Of a stretch of DNA of 64,000 nucleotides, positions 59,401 to 64,000 are shown piece after piece. A program made the translations under genes and the position numbers. The number at the start of each line of letters is the position of its first letter. Position 1 is the first letter of the stretch. The stretch lies in NCBI GenBank assembly GCA_900545935.1, contig URAP01000002.1:50206-114205 (forward strand). The letters are read 5' to 3'. Origin of the DNA: an uncultured Eubacteriales bacterium. Lineage in GTDB: Bacteria > Bacillota > Clostridia > Oscillospirales > CAG-272. The notes below the pieces were generated by a model. The model was not told where the DNA came from and did no database searches. It was given only the letters and a program-made list of their open reading frames with translations.

Positions 59401-62294
59401 ACGGATACAGTCCTGCCGACGGTATCAAAGGATACGGTCGTGATAATATCGTCGGACGTATCGTAAAACTTATGCCCCTTGTCCGTATATGTTACGCTGC
59501 TCGCGCTGCGCGATACCGAGACCTCGGATATGCGCGTACGTGTGGAGGCATCATCGTAAATATCACTCGAGTAGAATGAGGAATAGGAGGTGAGATAATC
59601 ATCTCCCGAGAGATAATAGCTGAAGCCGAGCCCGAGCGCACTCTCGATATCGTATGCAGCCGTCATTCGGTACGGGAAAGGACTGTAACGGTATATAGCG
59701 CCCTTTCCGTCCGGGTCGGTTATATGTGAGAGCTGCATATCGCTCGTCGACTGCGTAAGCGTAACACGGCTGCCGGAACGGTCTACGACCGCTGTAAGCA
59801 CGGAATCCGTATATTCAAAATCCGCAACAGTTATGAGAGAGCCGCTGTTCGAGCGATAAATAACGCGCGACAGGCAGTTTCCGCTGCTCGCGGGATATGA
59901 TGCGGTATTATAGCTCTTTGTGCCGTAGAGCAGTATCGTTCGGTTGCCGTTTGCATCCTCGGTATACCAGAGATAGCCGTACCGGAAAACCTTTTTGTTA
60001 TCCTTTTCGTCGGTGAGAGTTATCGTTTCCGCACTGCGCGAAGCGGTGAGGCCGAGACCGTCCTCATCCTTCCACTTTCCGCTCTCTTTTTCGTCCGGGC
60101 TGAACCAATGCTCTGTACCGTCTCCGTCGGAATATATAAGATATTCCTTATCTGAACCGTTAAAGCTGACGTTTTTCGAGACTATGCTCTGCTGAATATT
60201 AAGCCGCCATCCGGCTGCCGAGCGCATCCTTGAATAGTCTACAGTATGGAAAACATCGGCTCTTGCATCGAGTACCCAGTCGCTGTAACGGGAATTATAT
60301 ACATACGAGATATCGACTCCGACCTCGGAGGCGAGCTTGCGCTCGAGCACGAGATTTCCGCTGTAATCGCCGATATAGGCTTCTCCCGCTCTGCCCGCAG
60401 ACGCGGAACGGGTGGTATAGTAGCTCTCCGTACCCATAATATTGCGGTACTGCAGAGCAAGGATAGGTCTTGCGCTTGTGCGCTTTCCGCCGCCGGCAGC
60501 AAATCCAAAATATGAAGTATCCGACATCTGCTCGCCGCTCGTGAGCAGCGAATATATGAAGAAGCCGGTCCCGGACGAGCCGAGGCTGTCAAGCGCGCCG
60601 GAAACATCAAGTGCGAAATAGCTGCCGAGCTTTGACTTGTCAAAGGTAAAATAGTCAAGTATAGGATTCGGGTTGCTCTTTTCGGCGGTTATCTGCTCGC
60701 GCCAGTTCGGCAGCGCACGCTGAATAAAGAGATTAAACTCGTTGGCGGTAGACTCGGTCGGACTTGTAGCAGTAATAATATATATGTACGCTGCAATCTT
60801 GCGGTTGTTATACGGAACATCGGGGATCTCATTGAATTTGATATAATTATAAAAGGTGCCGTATTCATTAAAATGACCGAGCAGCCAATAATCCTTGTCG
60901 GTATTATCCACCGCAGTATCATTATCGTAAAAAAAGTCGGTGGTAACGGTATTATCCGAGCCGGACTGGGACGTTGAAACGGTAGGATCGACCGTGACCG
61001 GGAAAGCCCTCTCCTCCGCATTTATCCACTCGCTGTCTGCGGTTACGGTAAGGGTATAGCCGCCGTCACGGCGCTCAAAGGAATAATGCACCGAGCTGCT
61101 GCGCGCGCCGTCTGCATCGGTCATGTACGGTGCGGGAAGCGTAAACACATCCTGCTCACCGTCGCGCAGCACAAGCCCCTCTCCGTCACGCTCAAGGGTA
61201 AGCTCGGTATCAAGCTCGAATGTATAGATATAGCTCTGCGCGCGCCCGGAGATGATAATATCCTCCTTGACCGTCTCGCCGCCGAGAGTATACTCAAGCG
61301 CCGCACCGTCAAAAACGCCGCGATAGCCTATTTTATCTTCGCTGCGAACAGCGCCGATGATCTCAGCGCGCTGACGCATATTCTTCTCGTTCTGCTCCTC
61401 GCGAACCTCGGATATCTCCTCCTCGGTCGCGTAGGGATTGTCGTCGATAAATTCACCGACCGTCAGCGCAGTGCTGCGCGCCTCGCTCAGCGCCTCGGAC
61501 AGCTCGTCCTCCTGCGCCTTGCCGGTATCATCCGAGCTGCGCTCGGCATCAAAGCCGCCGAGCACTATCTCGCGCCCGGTGGCACGACGCGACTGTGCCG
61601 GGGCAGCCGAAGCTACATTGGTATCTGTATCGGTATCGGCAGCTGCGGTATCGACATTCTGTACTGTATCGGTGCTTCCTGCGGCATCCGCAGCCGCGTC
61701 AATTGCGGCGGTATCGGCGTCATTCTCCGCAGCTGCAAAATCGTCGGATGCATCATCAGCCGAGCTCGCAGCATCATTCGATGCCTCCTCGGACGGCTCT
61801 GTCACAGACGGCTGCTCCGCAGCAGGAGCAGAGGGACGCTCGGCAGGCAGTCCGTCAGGTGAAGAAGCCACGAGAGTAAGACGGTGCCCGTCTCTCTCGA
61901 GTGTATACAGCTCGTCCGAATACTCGTCCGCGCTGAAGCTGACCTTATTCCCGCCCCGAGCATTCTCATATCTGCCGTCGCGCGAAACAAGGGTATTATC
62001 AATATCAAGCCAGTCGCCGTTCGACTCGTAGTGGACGGACTCGCCGTAATCGACCATAAGGTAGGTGCCGTCACTGAGTCTGAAATGCTTGATGCTCTCG
62101 GTGCGCTGCTCATTATCCTCGCCGATTATAAATGGGACGTTTTCATCCTCGGCGGCGCTGTCCTCCGCCGGAATGGGATCGACCGCCTCGCTCTCAAGAG
62201 CGTCTCCCGCAGCTGCGAGAGTAAGCGGAATTGAACATATCACGGTGCTGAGGGAAAGAATAAATGCCGATAGCTTAAAGAGTTTGTTTTTCAT
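56280..62294 (-). CDS. Secreted RHS/YD-repeat protein (signal peptide, acidic Ala-rich linker, DNRLRE-like region, two CBM4/9-like modules, YD repeats); C-terminal core incomplete
   Basis: 2004 aa. The Sec-type N-terminus is MKNKLFKLSAFILSLSTVICSIPLTLAAAG. There are many YD repeats (YEYDSKHNVTKV, YSYDSNGNATS, YAYDKYDRL, YEYDRLGRL, YVYDDHNRL, YSYDSFGNI). The CBM-like starts are NLLTDGGFERQSTKW and NLLDNSDFSNGTASW. Confidence 0.88.
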   Translation of the reverse strand: MKNKLFKLSAFILSLSTVICSIPLTLAAAGDALESEAVDPIPAEDSAAEDENVPFIIGEDNEQRTESIKHFRLSDGTYLMVDYGESVHYESNGDWLDIDNTLVSRDGRYENARGGNKVSFSADEYSDELYTLERDGHRLTLVASSPDGLPAERPSAPAAEQPSVTEPSEEASNDAASSADDASDDFAAAENDADTAAIDAAADAAGSTDTVQNVDTAAADTDTDTNVASAAPAQSRRATGREIVLGGFDAERSSDDTGKAQEDELSEALSEARSTALTVGEFIDDNPYATEEEISEVREEQNEKNMRQRAEIIGAVRSEDKIGYRGVFDGAALEYTLGGETVKEDIIISGRAQSYIYTFELDTELTLERDGEGLVLRDGEQDVFTLPAPYMTDADGARSSSVHYSFERRDGGYTLTVTADSEWINAEERAFPVTVDPTVSTSQSGSDNTVTTDFFYDNDTAVDNTDKDYWLLGHFNEYGTFYNYIKFNEIPDVPYNNRKIAAYIYIITATSPTESTANEFNLFIQRALPNWREQITAEKSNPNPILDYFTFDKSKLGSYFALDVSGALDSLGSSGTGFFIYSLLTSGEQMSDTSYFGFAAGGGKRTSARPILALQYRNIMGTESYYTTRSASAGRAGEAYIGDYSGNLVLERKLASEVGVDISYVYNSRYSDWVLDARADVFHTVDYSRMRSAAGWRLNIQQSIVSKNVSFNGSDKEYLIYSDGDGTEHWFSPDEKESGKWKDEDGLGLTASRSAETITLTDEKDNKKVFRYGYLWYTEDANGNRTILLYGTKSYNTASYPASSGNCLSRVIYRSNSGSLITVADFEYTDSVLTAVVDRSGSRVTLTQSTSDMQLSHITDPDGKGAIYRYSPFPYRMTAAYDIESALGLGFSYYLSGDDYLTSYSSFYSSDIYDDASTRTRISEVSVSRSASSVTYTDKGHKFYDTSDDIITTVSFDTVGRTVSVRSVDTDGLLLSSSGAGYTANEGTSAKNNRLTQEGSAGAVGQNLLTDGGFERQSTKWQNTSTQHSGCSAALTTSTAHTGTRSMKLVCNSDKTNIATKYQALWLDAGTYTLSARVKTESMESASGKVGARILLGDVYANPFAESVYISKVTSELSDDGWVLLHCTYTLTERTYTYVYLTLRGMRGISYFDDVMLQKGDTVSACNLLDNSDFSNGTASWTKSGTKVSEITVKSVSDGISGASSYALYVPSAPHKTAGAYQTVNLNIPGTETLMLSAFAKACSAPLNDDEDAVFELGAILTYSDGTTDKFNQSFNNLLFDSWQHAAVPIVPRRPSLKIKSARVYVRYDNNVNAAYFDNFALTLDGAQCYTYDDKGNVVAVNRTNTDEIANLYSGADLISSTGGANGMFEYEYDSKHNVTKVKNAGLTLALSYDSNGNATSSRLEEGTKYATTSATYTDGGTKVGTVTDNLGAKVINNYKTGTDLLRKTRTTVSDTNPNNGAFESKTYTYDSVDRTTGISDGDADVTYSYLSGNLSVIGRSETDNSAVSQEYTFTYNKFGQRISVRVGDNTLAEYTYNDTTHNLERMTYGNGRVVEYAYDKYDRLKYKDQADEDEYVYYYYDYLGNVIKEEYKCLDIIDKAYYYEYDRLGRLIRSYESEDGVIVSQTEQTYDFKGRDESYSYDGDGLSYGYEYGYNDKDRLGTIKQYYNGRNENSDVIAYGYFGRVRFRIYAGDYNGRISYSYQSYADDANRLTSNMTSMRYTFNGILTFADYTYDNIGNIKSSKYTYDDKVYSEVAYVYDDHNRLIAENCTNSNIGITPYMSSYSYDSFGNITETERPNSAGVTVKNTYSYENSSWRDLLTAYNGHTITYDKIGNPLSYYNGRSYTLRWEMGRQLLNSRVNSRTVYYDYNKDGIRIEKNVSGRYTDRYILDGSKVIGMERTKSGSSVKDVYHFIYDEMGNIWSAICYIGGSTTPVRYYYRTNAQGDVKQIVEFMLPRLNRAMYYRYMILSNQVKMYLNGQRITLFVRLMLEGRMIQMYKLENR

Positions 62295-62364
62295 AATTTT
62301 TCTTTCTGTTTTGTAAACATCGCAGTTGTTTGATTCGTACGGTCATGCCGGACCTTCTGAAAAT

Positions 62365-62393
62365 ATTATAAAGTTATAATTATACTTTGTCAA
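62365..62393 (-). promoter_or_regulatory. Perfect-consensus sigma-A promoter of the RHS gene
   Basis: The minus strand reads TTGACA-N17-TATAAT exactly (ttgacaaagtataattataactttataat), about 70 nt upstream of the RHS ATG. Confidence 0.7.
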
Positions 62394-62422
62394 TAAAAAT
62401 TATCTATATATGAAGAAGATAT

Positions 62423-62454
62423 TAAAAACTGCCGATAGCGGATGCATCGGCAGT
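62423..62454 (-). terminator. Intrinsic terminator after polC
   Basis: The minus strand reads actgccgat-gcatccgct-atcggcagt, a perfect 9-bp stem, followed by ttttaata. Confidence 0.7.
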
Positions 62455-62501
62455 TAATTATGAAGATCGGAAGCAATATGGGTCTTAGCTTTTTATTTAT
62501 A

Positions 62502-64000
62502 TCAGAAAAAGGTTATTTGGTTAGTCTCGCTGAGTCCGTCCAAAGCTCCGTTTTCCCTCAGCACTTCAATCACCGCCTTTGAGATACCGGCGCGTATGCG
62601 CAGCTCCTCAATAGACAGTACATCGCCCTCGTCGCGTACCCTCGCAATACTCTGTGCGGCGGCATCTCCGAGTCCGGCGAGAGAGGAGAACGGAAGTCTT
62701 ATCTTACCGTCCTCGGGAAGGAAGAGAAAAGCATCAGAGTGGGCAAAGCTGACGGGCAGAAATACAATTCCGCGCGCGAGCGCCTCCTGAACGAGCGCAA
62801 GCGTCGACGAGAGCGCCGCATCCTTCTGCGTGATCTCACCCTTGCCCTTGTTCGCTATCTCCTCGATGGTCTGACGGACAAAAGCCTTTCCGCGCATTAC
62901 TATCCCCGCATCAAAGCCGCCGGGTGCGGCGGAAAAGAAAGCGGCATAGAACACGAGCGGCATATGTACCTTGTACCACGCGAGGCGTATCGCGGACATG
63001 GCGTACGCCGCCGCATGAGCCTTCGGGAACATGTACTTTATCTTTTTGCAGGAGGCGATATACCAGTCGGGCACGTTGTGCTCGCGCATATCCGCCTCGT
63101 ATTCGGGCTTGAGTCCCTTGCCCTTTCGGACATCCTCCATGATTCGGAATGCCTCGGCATTTTCAAGCCCGTATTTCTGAATAAGCACGAGCATGATGCT
63201 GTCGCGCGTTCCGATAACCTCGGAAATGTCGCACACGCCGTCATGGATAAGCTCCTGCGCGTTGCCGAGCCACACGTCGGTACCGTGCGTCAGCCCCTCT
63301 ATCTGAAGCAGGTCGGCAAAGTTTTTCGGTCTTGCCTCGATAAGCACCTGCTGCACGAACCGCGTACCGAACTCGGGCAGACCGAGCGTTCCTATCTTAC
63401 AGCCTATCTCCTCGGCAGACGCGCCGAGCGGCTCTGTTGACTCGAACAGCTCGTATATCGCCTTATCATTCATGTGGACGTCAAGCACCGAGGTGCCCGA
63501 GAAGCGCTCGAGCATCTTGTACTTGGTCGGAATATCGTGCCCGAGCTCATCGAGCTTGAGTATGGTATCGTGCAGATACGAGAATGCAAAATGGGTGGTG
63601 ACGATATCCGAGCCGGGGTCGTCGGCGGGATGCTGAACGGGGGTAAAGTCGTAAACGTCGTACTCACGCGGAACAACTATGATTCCGCCCGGGTGCTGCC
63701 CCGTCGTGCGCTTTACGCATATGCAGTGCGCGATAAGGCGGTTTATCTCGGCATTGCAGGTCATCATACCCTTGTTCTCGAGATATTTTACAACAAAGCC
63801 GTATGCGGTCTTATCGGCGAGCGTACCGAGCGTTCCCGCGCGAAAGACGTTTTCGGAGCCGAACAGCTCCTCCGTGTATTTATGCACTCTGCCCTGAACC
63901 TCGCCCGAGAAGTTAAGGTCTATATCCGGAGACTTATCGCCGTAGAAGCCGAGAAAGGTCTCGAACGGTATATCATGTCCGTCGCTCTTGAGCTGAGCGC
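62502..64000 (-). CDS. polC: DNA polymerase III PolC-type alpha subunit, C-terminal part (gene continues past the right edge)
   Basis: The frame stays open to nt 64000. The upstream translation ...FETFLGFYGDKSPDIDLNFSGEVQGRVHKYTEELFG is followed by PHP/pol-core-like regions and the C-terminal ...LSETNQITFF. Confidence 0.9.
   Translation of the reverse strand, partial: AQLKSDGHDIPFETFLGFYGDKSPDIDLNFSGEVQGRVHKYTEELFGSENVFRAGTLGTLADKTAYGFVVKYLENKGMMTCNAEINRLIAHCICVKRTTGQHPGGIIVVPREYDVYDFTPVQHPADDPGSDIVTTHFAFSYLHDTILKLDELGHDIPTKYKMLERFSGTSVLDVHMNDKAIYELFESTEPLGASAEEIGCKIGTLGLPEFGTRFVQQVLIEARPKNFADLLQIEGLTHGTDVWLGNAQELIHDGVCDISEVIGTRDSIMLVLIQKYGLENAEAFRIMEDVRKGKGLKPEYEADMREHNVPDWYIASCKKIKYMFPKAHAAAYAMSAIRLAWYKVHMPLVFYAAFFSAAPGGFDAGIVMRGKAFVRQTIEEIANKGKGEITQKDAALSSTLALVQEALARGIVFLPVSFAHSDAFLFLPEDGKIRLPFSSLAGLGDAAAQSIARVRDEGDVLSIEELRIRAGISKAVIEVLRENGALDGLSETNQITFF

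Overview
This 64-kb chromosomal window looks like a Firmicutes/Clostridia genome. Supporting markers are PolC, a glgD-containing glycogen operon and a SpoVB-like flippase. Hand counts on single 60-nt lines give about 45-60% GC in most places.

Gene content from left to right:
- A partial unknown gene, then a complete glgB-C-D-A-P operon (minus strand) behind a consensus sigma-A-type promoter.
- gdhA, a SpoVB/MurJ-like flippase, tsaE-tsaB, rpiB and an SGNH hydrolase.
- From 15.5 to 34.1 kb (minus strand), one 15-gene Wzx/Wzy-dependent polysaccharide locus of about 18.5 kb. It contains an EpsN-like aminotransferase, a PglC/EpsL-like priming transferase, two GT2, a TviB-type dehydrogenase, three GT4, Wzy, Wzx, a pyruvyl transferase, an FrhB-like/NodB-deacetylase fusion and the CapE/CapG/CapF UDP-L-FucNAc trio. 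An AT-rich central cassette interrupts it.
- An orphan promoter, two terminators and a MATE-gene remnant.
- ppiB, a DUF4830-like gene, an AraM-like glycerol-1-phosphate dehydrogenase, an SbcD-like / HAD / membrane-anchored SbcC-like set, and a P-type ATPase.
- Two translationally coupled ATPases carrying only MutS domain V.
- An SGNH hydrolase, a small Cys-rich protein, deoC, a ProX-like deacylase, an AEC transporter and a GH36 alpha-galactosidase.
- On the minus strand, two multi-TM proteins, then a 2004-aa secreted RHS/YD-repeat protein, then the 3' part of polC.

The RHS gene is the most unusual feature. Its 3' tip is a three-frame, AT-rich mosaic.

I recognised no rRNA, tRNA, CRISPR array, transposase or integrase. 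All function calls rest on motif recognition by eye, not on database searches.
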